IMG/VR virus record: IMGVR_UViG_3300005083_000004
Strand: one strand, 5' to 3'
Length of the DNA: 64,000 bases
Origin: an uncultured virus (IMG/VR IMGVR_UViG_3300005083_000004)
Taxonomy: Duplodnaviria; Heunggongvirae; Uroviricota; Caudoviricetes
Shown: positions 52,301-61,101 of the stretch, in pieces
Layout of the letters: every line of letters begins with the position of its first letter
How positions within the stretch are numbered: the first letter of the stretch is position 1
The notes under the pieces: generated by a model
Told to the model about the DNA's origin: nothing
Databases searched by the model: none
Seen by the model: the letters and a program-made list of their open reading frames with translations, nothing else
Translations under genes and position numbers: made by a program

Positions 52301-55300
52301 TCTGATGGGTATTATATCAATGATTTGATAATTACCAATGGCGAAAATTCTGGTTCATTGTTATGTCAGAAAATAGCTCGTAGTGTTAATGTAAATCCTT
52401 CAAGTACAGAATTTGAAAAGATATATAATATCAAAATTAGTTCGGATAATGACGTTGTTTTGAAATTCACATTTGAAGAAACATATCCTAATAGCAAGAT
52501 ATTCAATTTGATTGCTCATGTTGATCTTGGTGAATATAGAAAATTGGCAGATCAAGATATTATTGACGCTACAAAACAACCATTGGATCAGATATTAACA
52601 TCTTTAAGTGGAATTGTTATAGATAATGGCGTTCTTATTCTTAATGGACAAAAATCTGTTGAAGCAAGAAAGATTGTAACAAGCGATGTTAGTGCAGATG
52701 ATAATCTTACATCGGCATCAAGAGCATTTGATGGAAATAATGGTACAATTACTCTTGACCAAGGCAGAGTAATCCGTACAGCATTTAATAATAAGAATAT
52801 TCTATCCAATAATGGCATGACCAGAGTTGGTAATACAGATTATAATATTTTACTAGATCCGAAAGCAACAACTGAAGGACATCCTGGAATCTATGCAAAT
52901 ACAAATACTGAAGAGAATAGAATTCCTGTATTATCTGAAATCAGTACATTAATCGATGAAGCAGTTACAAATCATACAGATTATGAAGGAACATTTACTT
53001 TCTTTGCACAAGAATCAACTGAAGATATAGCAAAAGCAAAAGTTGAAAATACTGATCCTGCAACATATGGAAGTGGATTAATAACTGCAATTGTCTTTGG
53101 TTTTGATACTCGTGAAGTTAATTACGGTATCTATACTTCACCCGTTGGTCCTTGGGTATGGACAGTTATTCCAAATAATAATTATCCAAATTTGAAATTT
53201 GATAATGGAGATTGGTTATATTTCACTGATTATATTCATGATTCATATCCGGAACTTCAGACAGGTAAAGCAGTATTCCATCATGTTGGTGATACGACAA
53301 CTGATGACCAGTTTGATGTTGTTCCAGACAGAATTGTTCAGCTTGATCATACTCCTCCTTCACCATCGTCAAAAATTGATACAGCAACTGATTCAGCTGT
53401 ACTATATCAGGTTATTGGTTCAAGAGATGATCTTACCACAACCAATACAAATTCAATTGTATTAGCAATCAATAGTATTAAGACCGATAATACAACTCTT
53501 GATAATCGTGTAACAGCAGAAGTTAGTAGACTTGACGGTAGAATTGATGATTTAACTGCAAAGGTCGATAATAATTACAGTATTCTTGATAATAAGATTG
53601 ATACTGTTAAAAATGAATTACAAACTGAAATCGATCAAACCAATTCCGATTTAGCAAATGAGGTAACAAGAGCAACTAACGCTGAAACAGATTTGCAAAA
53701 TCAAATAATTAGTAATGATGATGATATAACAGCATTAGATGCAAGATTACTTACAGCTGAATCTGATATTGATACATTACAATCTGATTTATTAGCTGAA
53801 GTTAATCGTGCTGAAGCAGCTGAACAAACATTATCCGATCGTGTTACAGTTAATGAAGAAGATATTGTTAATATTAAAGCAAAAGATGTTGAACAAGATG
53901 GAAGACTTGATAATCTTGAACAATTCCGAGCTGATGAAGAAGAATTTGATAAAACAATTGTATTGAAAGCTAATATCGGGACTGAAGGATATTTAGTAAC
54001 CAATTTTGATTTCGCAACCGATGAAGAACCAACAGCTGATGGGGTTGTATTAACTAGAACATTGAGAAGCGTACTTTTAGCTCCTGAACATCCGAATTGG
54101 GAAAAGACATTTGATTGGAGAATTCTCTCTGTTGGAACAGATCGTGATAAATTGAAAATTGATCTTGTTAATACATTGAATCCTGATATCAAAGATATCA
54201 ATTTCACTATCGATTTCTCTGAATATAGGACATCGGCAGAACAAGATGCAATTGATGCGACATATCAGCCATTAGATCAAATACTCACAACATTAAGTGC
54301 AATATCTTCATCGGATGGTGTTCTGGTTCTTAATGGAGTTGAATCTGCTATAGCAAGGAAACTCGATATAGGAGATGTTAAATTAGAATCACCATTACAA
54401 GCTGCTAATACTGCATTCGAAGGAAATGATGGCACGATCACTCTTGTAACTGGAAAACAAATTAAAGATGGTGATAGTGGTAAAAATATTGCAACTATAA
54501 ATGGGTCATTGACATTCGGTGATACAACATATAATGTATTATTCAACACACAACCAACAGTTGATGGTAAAGCAGGTTTATATGCTACAACTATAGATGA
54601 AGATAATCGTATTGTTGTAAAATCTGAATTAATAACATTAATCGATGATGCAATTACAGCTGATTCTGATTATCAAGGAACATTCAATTTCTTTGCACAA
54701 GAAAATACAACAGCTGATGCTGAAAATAAGATTAGTTCATTGACAAATCTCAGTACTCGAATTGGTGATACCGCTATAATATTTGGATTTGATACACGTG
54801 AAGTATTGAAAGGAACTTGTACTTCAGTTTCATCTGCAGGTTCTACATGGGATTTCCAACCTGTTCAACCTTCTCCTGATAATGGTGACTGGGTATACTT
54901 CCTTGATTATATTAATGACCAATATCCTGAAAAACAAACTGGTCGTGCAATTTATAAAGATGATCATATAAATCTTCCTGTATTTGATGTTGTTCCCGAT
55001 ACGATTATTCAACTTGAACATTACGAACCTGATGCAACATCTACAACTGATCATGGAACAGATTCTAAAGTTCTTTATACAATATTGGGTATTAGATCAG
55101 ATCTTATTACAATTGATAAAACAAATCATGTTGCAGCAATTAACGAAGTCAAAAATCAAGTTAATAATGCGGATACGACAACTGCTACAAATTATACAAT
55201 ACTTGATGATCGTATCACAGCTGAAGTTGCAACATTAAATGCAACAATAGATACAGTTAAAGCAGATCTTCAAGCAAATATCGATGCTGAAAATTCTCGA

Positions 55301-55516
55301 GCTGTTGCAGCTGAAACGATATTGACAAATGATCTTGCTACAGAAGTTCAAAATAGACAAGATGCCGATAATGCACTTCAGAATCAGATTACTTCTAATG
55401 ATACAGATATTAATACATTGATTAGTCGAGTTAGTGCAATTGAAGAAAGTTTAACTCCATTGACAGTTTCTGAAGTTGATCAATTTATTACTGATCTTTA
55501 TACTACATTTAACTAA
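49370..55516 (+). CDS. Giant modular tail/head fibre protein (2048 aa)
   Basis: Four related globular modules separated by heptad coiled coils (EV.RA..AE..L), LV.AINE motifs; visibly higher GC than flanks. Confidence 0.75.
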   Translation: MATYKNEITTSEGLVYILNQLYNETISNNDKKEDSSNKAYIIDNIGRVILAYNLYTDFVPAQVKELGYAKDGDLVLIKDDALNDHLSSVYRLSDVASYPNLVFVRTFNYEEYASVGAVLQIVGNVTAVHELYVDTELNKKLDNYQGTDKAGYIAYIGDDGNIFFGPRGIDGVATITGPEEIVDNTDPANPVINHDPTKQDLDQILSSLSSITAEEGALMLSGLETVEARKIFDSDIDMTKNPDSKFWYVYALARAVKTFTRENGSIVFTKKEFDSIKSFLIEETETQDYDIVGRGVITTLSAHETGVILGNENDIVTIKAIQTTDGPAAYVLTADDPIPNDANKIALRDWVRAMIADAIHGKGENRGIFGYYATSKSLVESIVPEPGYTTAISLTEDLNVSKGTYTISGWTWTDLTGLDNWVNGDFASIRYLLDYPSGAGSYRSGTIVYMTIDGSNRFDVDTDRQFFADEIDIHDNQGEIEFKLKTLGSKNVLNNTDADKIEFDSTANDTLTIKDKIEFEVDRLDEYDAKEQGEIDQLRIDVDTDRAELTETTARSIKNEEDIDALDIRLISAESEIDVLQEEMIEQQNKKIKDIDVDVTVAVTTYKEAIARAINAFQNTDGSITFDLKTFAGIAPKIFVQTDTENLNLISYLKDALRNQIEVGDENRVVILRAGLTSTGDPGAYVLTGEDEDKTPDKIIALRGWTQDQIAAAVKDIGRNRGIYGYYGSSREDIEAIPTDKIDPEYTSALVLEDDIILVGKFNNSKWLWTEFQPVWVNGDFAHIRYLLEFPIGNTWQSGQIVYITDVGPVHIDIDVDRQHDPDLVDINLNDLGQITLKNRTLVTVDGDKTVLNNTTADRIDYDGTLTILQAGKKAEQDFINEVARATGRENDIENNLIGTQQDLTNLTNRVTIAESDIDNVENRATSLENRVTVNEEDIVNIKAKDVEQDGRLDNLEQFRADEEEFDKTVVLKENFGSDGYYINDLIITNGENSGSLLCQKIARSVNVNPSSTEFEKIYNIKISSDNDVVLKFTFEETYPNSKIFNLIAHVDLGEYRKLADQDIIDATKQPLDQILTSLSGIVIDNGVLILNGQKSVEARKIVTSDVSADDNLTSASRAFDGNNGTITLDQGRVIRTAFNNKNILSNNGMTRVGNTDYNILLDPKATTEGHPGIYANTNTEENRIPVLSEISTLIDEAVTNHTDYEGTFTFFAQESTEDIAKAKVENTDPATYGSGLITAIVFGFDTREVNYGIYTSPVGPWVWTVIPNNNYPNLKFDNGDWLYFTDYIHDSYPELQTGKAVFHHVGDTTTDDQFDVVPDRIVQLDHTPPSPSSKIDTATDSAVLYQVIGSRDDLTTTNTNSIVLAINSIKTDNTTLDNRVTAEVSRLDGRIDDLTAKVDNNYSILDNKIDTVKNELQTEIDQTNSDLANEVTRATNAETDLQNQIISNDDDITALDARLLTAESDIDTLQSDLLAEVNRAEAAEQTLSDRVTVNEEDIVNIKAKDVEQDGRLDNLEQFRADEEEFDKTIVLKANIGTEGYLVTNFDFATDEEPTADGVVLTRTLRSVLLAPEHPNWEKTFDWRILSVGTDRDKLKIDLVNTLNPDIKDINFTIDFSEYRTSAEQDAIDATYQPLDQILTTLSAISSSDGVLVLNGVESAIARKLDIGDVKLESPLQAANTAFEGNDGTITLVTGKQIKDGDSGKNIATINGSLTFGDTTYNVLFNTQPTVDGKAGLYATTIDEDNRIVVKSELITLIDDAITADSDYQGTFNFFAQENTTADAENKISSLTNLSTRIGDTAIIFGFDTREVLKGTCTSVSSAGSTWDFQPVQPSPDNGDWVYFLDYINDQYPEKQTGRAIYKDDHINLPVFDVVPDTIIQLEHYEPDATSTTDHGTDSKVLYTILGIRSDLITIDKTNHVAAINEVKNQVNNADTTTATNYTILDDRITAEVATLNATIDTVKADLQANIDAENSRAVAAETILTNDLATEVQNRQDADNALQNQITSNDTDINTLISRVSAIEESLTPLTVSEVDQFITDLYTTFN
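52166..53956 (+). repeat. 111-bp near-identical direct repeat (52166-52276 and 53846-53956)
   Basis: acagttaatgaagaagat...gataaaaca; one synonymous C/T difference seen. Confidence 0.9.
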
Positions 55517-55531
55517 AAAATTTAGTTGATA

Positions 55532-55563
55532 AAAGATAATGGAGCAAAAGCTCCATTATCTTT
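55532..55563. terminator. Terminator after fibre gene
   Basis: aaagataatggagc-aaaa-gctccattatcttt. Confidence 0.8.
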
Positions 55564-55622
55564 ATTTTTTTACATACATATATTATAAAAAATTAATAGG
55601 CTCATAAGAGCTTATTAATTTT

Positions 55623-55919
55623 TTATTCTTCTGTAATAGGTCCAAATCTATTAGAAAATTCAGATATAGCTTTAACTTTAAATACGACTGGTTTTCCGGC
55701 TAAATTTTTTTCATGATAATTATTTGGAAATGTTACATTAATCTCAAATTCTTTATCATATTCTTTTCCTATCATTGCTTCTTCAAATCCTGGAATAAAT
55801 TTTTTACTTCCAATTTGATATTGATATGATTTTGCTGTTCCTCCCGGAAACTGGAATCCATCCTGAGTGAATCCTGCAAAATCCATTGTTACAATGTCAT
55901 ACATTTTAATTATTTTCAT
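55623..55919 (-). CDS. Stand-alone trigger-factor-type FKBP peptidyl-prolyl isomerase domain (ORF track start 55934)
   Basis: DIVTMDF.G..DG..F.GG......IGS..FIPGFEE...G....INVTFP.NYH...LAGKPVVFKVK; GAGGAG SD. Confidence 0.88.
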   Translation of the reverse strand: MKIIKMYDIVTMDFAGFTQDGFQFPGGTAKSYQYQIGSKKFIPGFEEAMIGKEYDKEFEINVTFPNNYHEKNLAGKPVVFKVKAISEFSNRFGPITEE

Positions 55920-56541
55920 TATTATTCTCCTCAATACTAAGTAAACTAATATAGTTTGTTATAACATATGCCAATAAATACATAGGGGTTATAGTTACAT
56001 TATTAAACATATATATGATCCTTTGTTTATAATCATATATATATCTAGATATATATATGATAATATCAGATATATTAGCACAAATGATTTCTTTATTGTA
56101 ATACTGATCAATGATTGGTAATATACATAATATTCCTGGAGGAATAAGTCCAATATCTAATTTATTTTTTGTTTGTTTTGTTGATTGATCGGTAAATTCA
56201 CTAAAATCAATTTTTGATTGATTCAATGATACAATATGTCCAAGTGTTAAATAAGCACTGAAACATTTATCAATGTTATTAATTTGATCATTATCAATTA
56301 AAAATGCAATATTCGTTGCCATATGGAATAAGTGATTTAATCCACTCTCATTATCATTTATTTCACCTGATAAATGTTTCAACCAATGTCGTTCCATTGC
56401 ATTAGTTAAATTATATAAATCGATCGGATCTGTTAAAGTTTTCCAATTATCTCGATCATACTTTTTAATACCAAATTCTCTAACTTTAATTATTCCTTTG
56501 ATCATTGGTTCAATATTTACGTTTAATTTGGAAGTATTCAT
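55906..56541 (-). CDS. dATP/dGTP diphosphohydrolase-like (DUF5664) protein (ORF track start 56586)
   Basis: FGIKKYDRDNWK, AMERH, D.ESGLNHL.H.A.N..FL; AAGGAG SD. Confidence 0.75.
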   Translation of the reverse strand: MNTSKLNVNIEPMIKGIIKVREFGIKKYDRDNWKTLTDPIDLYNLTNAMERHWLKHLSGEINDNESGLNHLFHMATNIAFLIDNDQINNIDKCFSAYLTLGHIVSLNQSKIDFSEFTDQSTKQTKNKLDIGLIPPGILCILPIIDQYYNKEIICANISDIIIYISRYIYDYKQRIIYMFNNVTITPMYLLAYVITNYISLLSIEENNNENN

Positions 56542-56599
56542 GTATCTCTCCTTATGTTTAAATTTATTAGTCAAATTGTTTTGCATATATTAATAAATT

Positions 56600-56712
56600 A
56601 ATTATATATTATATATATGAATAAAGAAAAAGATACATTCTTTATTTATTATCTTTTACATGGTGTAAGAGATAAAAAGTTTTGTATCATCCCTACTAAA
56701 TAGGGAAAGGAG
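56600..56712 (+). promoter_or_regulatory. Early-type promoter plus structured 5' leader shared with groEL
   Basis: Matches 71-140; three hairpins before the SD. Confidence 0.6.
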
Positions 56713-56718
56713 TTTGCT

Positions 56719-57480
56719 ATGTCACGTGTGGCAAGTAATGTTAACATCAAACTTTACCAAGGAAGAAATATGGTTACAATTGGTAAATACGAATGGTCTA
56801 AAGTATCAACCTATACCGCACATCCGTTTCTCAAAAATTCGGTACGACTTGTTAAGATGAACGATGACAGCTTTGTAGGATATCTTGATGAAGAAGTTAC
56901 TTACTGCTGCCATGTATTCAATATCAATGATATTACGGATAAATATATCGTAAAATTCTTACATTGGTACGAGAATATCATTGATGGCAGTACATTCCCT
57001 ATTGTCAGATATGATGATTCCATATCTGATAGTTTTATAAATGGGGATAAAATCTATTTTGCAAACAAACATCTTTATCCTGGAACAAATGTTCCATTTA
57101 TTGAAATTGCTGCGCGTGAATGGTATAAAATAACAATTCAACGAATATCAAACAATAAAGTTATAGATAAATACAGTAGTTATCTTAAATCGCTTGGTAT
57201 CGAAAGAGACTCAGAACTCAGAGCCGATATATTCGCTGTTACAGTAATGAAAAGCATAAATGCATTAGACTCGATACTTGACAATTCGATTGTATTAGAC
57301 CAATTAAAGCAAACAGCAATTTCAGCTATTTCAGTAATATCATTAGCAATCGTTAAATGTATCGTATTTAAGACAGAAAAGAAAAAACCGATAATATTGA
57401 AAACAATTGGAGAAACAATAGTAGCATCATTACCATTAATAATTAAACTAAAGAGTATCGAACAGTCGTACAAAAAATAA
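56719..57480 (+). CDS. Hypothetical early protein
   Basis: AAGGAG SD, own promoter motif and terminator. Confidence 0.65.
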   Translation: MSRVASNVNIKLYQGRNMVTIGKYEWSKVSTYTAHPFLKNSVRLVKMNDDSFVGYLDEEVTYCCHVFNINDITDKYIVKFLHWYENIIDGSTFPIVRYDDSISDSFINGDKIYFANKHLYPGTNVPFIEIAAREWYKITIQRISNNKVIDKYSSYLKSLGIERDSELRADIFAVTVMKSINALDSILDNSIVLDQLKQTAISAISVISLAIVKCIVFKTEKKKPIILKTIGETIVASLPLIIKLKSIEQSYKK

Positions 57481-57485
57481 ATATT

Positions 57486-57516
57486 AATGGGGAAATTAAT
57501 TTCCCCATTTTTTTTT
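57486..57516. terminator. Terminator
   Basis: aatggggaaatt|aatttccccatt followed by T-tract. Confidence 0.8.
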
Positions 57517-57529
57517 AATAAAAATTTAA

Positions 57530-58897
57530 TTATTTACGAATACTCATTGGTAGCAAATATGAATCAGTAATCATATCTGTTTTTAAATTCATTCCTAGCA
57601 TAAAAGTATTAGCAAGTGTTAATGTTTGTTTATTAGTTTTATCATAATCCATATCTTCTAATTGCGTATAACCTTTCTCTGCAATATCTTCAAACATTTT
57701 TGATTTCATTACGTTATCATCAGAACGAGGACCATGTAATTCTCTTAAAATATCATTGGCACCTAAACTAACTAACATTGTTGCTTCAACGCTACTATCT
57801 TGAGCATTTTTATCTGAATCGACAACTTGACCAGTCATATGATTTCTTTTATTAATTGAAATACTCATCCCATTCTTTTTTTCTACTAATTGTTGAGTTC
57901 TTTTACAGTTTAAATATCCAACTAATACTTTAGTTGGGGATTTAACAACATTATTTAAATCCATCGTTTGATGTGGTAAATATATATGTTCCCAAAGTTC
58001 AATTCCCAATACTTTTGATGCATTCATAGCATTTTCAATTAACAATTGACGCTCACCTTCAATAATTTCAACACCAAAATATTCTTTATCATTATTAAAA
58101 AAATCTCTAAAAAATGAATTAAATTGAGAATTTGACATAGATTCAAAAAGATTAAAATATTTTTTTGTATTTGCTCCAGTTGGATCTAATGCATTAAATA
58201 CATCATATACAAGCTTTTCCATTTTATTACGTTTATTTTTTGATGTTGTTGTAGCTTCATAAACAGGAATTTCATTTTTATTTTGTACATCTACTATTAA
58301 ATCTATTCTCTCACCTTGATCAAATATTTTGTGAATAAATTCATCAGCATTAACTCCTGATTCGATCTCACGGTATTTAATTAATACATATGAAGTATTA
58401 TTATGAAAATTAGTAAATTTTTTAATAACATCTGTTAATAATTCTAAATTAGAATCATATTCATGAATACCTTTATAATTCTCCCATGCATTTTCTAACC
58501 AAATATTTTTACGATAAACAATAAAAGTATGTGTATTTCCTATTTGAGCATTACCATCATCGTCATTAACAAATAATCCAATAAAATATGATTCACATGA
58601 ATAAATTGAATCTTTAATTATATCAATAAAAAATCTTTCGAATTCAACCTGATCCCAACTTATTCCAATTCTAGATTCACACATTTCATGAAATGATTGA
58701 AGTTTATATTCTGTCAATAATGATGTTTGCATATTGGGTTCAATTTCGAACTCACCGTCATTTTTCATAAAACCATATACAAAATTATCATTCATCCACT
58801 TCATGAATTCTTCTATACTATATGATGCATCAGGTTCTCCTTCTTTTGAAATATAATTGACTTCAAAAGAAAATTCATTTTCAGCAGTATCATTCAT
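57530..58897 (-). CDS. RNA polymerase beta C-terminal fragment fused to N-terminal transglutaminase-like domain
   Basis: VGYLNCKRTQQLVEKK and SSVEATML.SLGA...LREL..PRSDD parallel beta 'GYMY.LKL.HLV.DK' and 'GEMEVWAL.AYGA...LQE....KSDD'; N-half GISWDQVEF..THTF..WLE.AW. Confidence 0.65.
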   Translation of the reverse strand: MNDTAENEFSFEVNYISKEGEPDASYSIEEFMKWMNDNFVYGFMKNDGEFEIEPNMQTSLLTEYKLQSFHEMCESRIGISWDQVEFERFFIDIIKDSIYSCESYFIGLFVNDDDGNAQIGNTHTFIVYRKNIWLENAWENYKGIHEYDSNLELLTDVIKKFTNFHNNTSYVLIKYREIESGVNADEFIHKIFDQGERIDLIVDVQNKNEIPVYEATTTSKNKRNKMEKLVYDVFNALDPTGANTKKYFNLFESMSNSQFNSFFRDFFNNDKEYFGVEIIEGERQLLIENAMNASKVLGIELWEHIYLPHQTMDLNNVVKSPTKVLVGYLNCKRTQQLVEKKNGMSISINKRNHMTGQVVDSDKNAQDSSVEATMLVSLGANDILRELHGPRSDDNVMKSKMFEDIAEKGYTQLEDMDYDKTNKQTLTLANTFMLGMNLKTDMITDSYLLPMSIRK

Positions 58898-59006
58898 AAT
58901 GACTCTTTCCTCATTTCTTGTTAAATTCTTATACTCATGGTTTTTCCATTATACATGATTATATATTATTTAAATGATAATTATATAACATTAGGAGAAA
59001 ATAATA

Positions 59007-60989
59007 ATGAATAATATTAATAAACAAATTAATTTTTATAAAGTTAAAGCAATGAATAATGATCAAATGAATAATAGTGAAGAACAAGATCTAAATCATT
59101 TATTAAAAAAATTAATTGAGTATTATGATAAAGGAGAACCATTAATAAGTGATGAAGAATATGATATACTTCATGAATATTTAATTTATAACGGTGCTCC
59201 GAGAATTATATCTGATACTACAACTAATTATGGTGTTCGTATTAAACATCCAACTACAAAACTTCGAGGAACATTATCAAAAATATATTATTTAAATGAT
59301 AATGAATCAAGGATCAATAAATCTAGAAAAACATTATCTGAGTGGATAAAATCTAAACCAATTGATTTAACATATGAAAAAGTTCATGTGTGTTGTAAAT
59401 ATGATGGATTATCTTGTGTAGGATATTTTAAACAAGGAAGACCTACATTGTGGTTGACTCGAGGTGATACCGATTCTAATGAAGGGTTAGATATTTCTCA
59501 TATAATGAATCATATTGATATTAAAAAATTAAATCCTGAAGGATATACTAATTGTGCAATACAATATGAAATAATGATTTCCAATAATGATTTAGAATTA
59601 CTTAATCATATGAATGGAACTTCATACAAAAATACTAGAAGTATTGTAGCAAGTATTCTCAATAGTAAAGAGATTGATAAAAGAATAGAATATCTTCATC
59701 CAGTTCCATTGAAATTATTATATAATAATGCTGAAATTCCGATTATTCATCCTCGTCAATTAAAAGAATATCCAAATATTGAATGTTCAATTGATGAAAC
59801 CAATAAAATAGCTCGTTTTGCAAATGAGCATAGAATATGGAATGGATTAAGAATGGATGGATGTGTATTAACATTATCAGATATTAATAAATGTATCAGA
59901 TTAGGAAGAAAAGATAATATAAATGAATATGAAGTTGCATATAAATTTACTGAAGAATATGGATATGCAAAAGTCCATAATATCATATTTGATGTATCAT
60001 TTTTAGGGGTAATAACTCCTGTAGTTGAAATAGTTCCAATTCAATTGAAAGGAAATACAATTACAAATATTTCTATATCGAATAAAGATCGTTTTGATGA
60101 ATTAGATTTACATTATAATGATATAGTTAAAATTTCATATGATATAATTCCATATTTATCTTTAGATAATTATTGTAATAAATTAAATATTAATACTCAT
60201 AAAGATACTAGATTTAAAATTAAATTTATTGATAAATGCCCGATATGTAACGAGCCATTAAATTTAAAAAATACTTTGATTAGATGTATGAATCCCAAAT
60301 GTAATTCAAATAAAATGGGAAGAATAATTATATTCTTACAAAGATTAGATTGTAAAGATATTGGACCAGCGACTATTGAAATATTATTTAATTCAGGAAT
60401 AATAAAATCAATTCCTGATTTATTTCATATAGGATCAACTAAACAATATAAATTGATTATGGGACAAGACGGATTTGGTGAAATAAAAACAAAAAAATTA
60501 TTGGCTTGCATAAATAAGATTAAAAAGTTAGAAGATTATAAATTCTTTGGTGCAATAGGAATTTATGGATTATCTGAACAATTTTTCAAATTATTATTTA
60601 AGAATATGGAATATAATAATTTCATTGAATGTATAAATAATAAAGATTGGAAATATTTAGAAAATACACTAATTTCTATTAAAGGTATTGGACATGAAAA
60701 AATTAGAATGTTGATACAAGGATTAAAAAATGATAAAAAATTAATATTAAATTGTTTAAAATATATTACAATTACTCCATCATATGGTTTTGTACAAGGT
60801 GAAAATGGAGGAGTTTGTTTTACAGGATTTAGAGATAAACAAATGGAACAAGATTATATAAATAAAGGGTATTTTATTCAAGATAATATTACAAATGATA
60901 CAGTGCTATTGATCACAAAAGATATTAACTCAGGATCATCCAAAATTAGAAAAGCAATCAATAAAAATATTAAAATTATTGAAATATAA
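59007..60989 (+). CDS. ligA: NAD-dependent DNA ligase
   Basis: YYD.GEP.ISDEEYD, KYDG, TRGD, DG.V, AYKF, CPIC/C.N..C, HhH, BRCT FTG..SSK..KA. Confidence 0.95.
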   Translation: MNNINKQINFYKVKAMNNDQMNNSEEQDLNHLLKKLIEYYDKGEPLISDEEYDILHEYLIYNGAPRIISDTTTNYGVRIKHPTTKLRGTLSKIYYLNDNESRINKSRKTLSEWIKSKPIDLTYEKVHVCCKYDGLSCVGYFKQGRPTLWLTRGDTDSNEGLDISHIMNHIDIKKLNPEGYTNCAIQYEIMISNNDLELLNHMNGTSYKNTRSIVASILNSKEIDKRIEYLHPVPLKLLYNNAEIPIIHPRQLKEYPNIECSIDETNKIARFANEHRIWNGLRMDGCVLTLSDINKCIRLGRKDNINEYEVAYKFTEEYGYAKVHNIIFDVSFLGVITPVVEIVPIQLKGNTITNISISNKDRFDELDLHYNDIVKISYDIIPYLSLDNYCNKLNINTHKDTRFKIKFIDKCPICNEPLNLKNTLIRCMNPKCNSNKMGRIIIFLQRLDCKDIGPATIEILFNSGIIKSIPDLFHIGSTKQYKLIMGQDGFGEIKTKKLLACINKIKKLEDYKFFGAIGIYGLSEQFFKLLFKNMEYNNFIECINNKDWKYLENTLISIKGIGHEKIRMLIQGLKNDKKLILNCLKYITITPSYGFVQGENGGVCFTGFRDKQMEQDYINKGYFIQDNITNDTVLLITKDINSGSSKIRKAINKNIKIIEI

Positions 60990-61012
60990 AAAAGGAGTAT
61001 CGATACTCCTTT
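60990..61012. terminator. Terminator
   Basis: aaaggagtat-cg-atactccttt. Confidence 0.7.
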
Positions 61013-61101
61013 CTATATTACTTTTTTTTAAATAAAAAAAACAAATGATTATATGAATATTTATTCATATTATTCTTTAATGAAAAGGAGAATTATTAAT
61101 T

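Noticed and set aside
52166..53956. Diversity-generating retroelement TR/VR pair
   Set aside because: Single synonymous C/T difference rather than A-specific changes; no reverse transcriptase in window
49760..55238. Many short antisense or alternate-frame ORFs inside the fibre gene (and similar ones elsewhere)
   Set aside because: Shadow ORFs from codon bias, without SD or recognisable motifs
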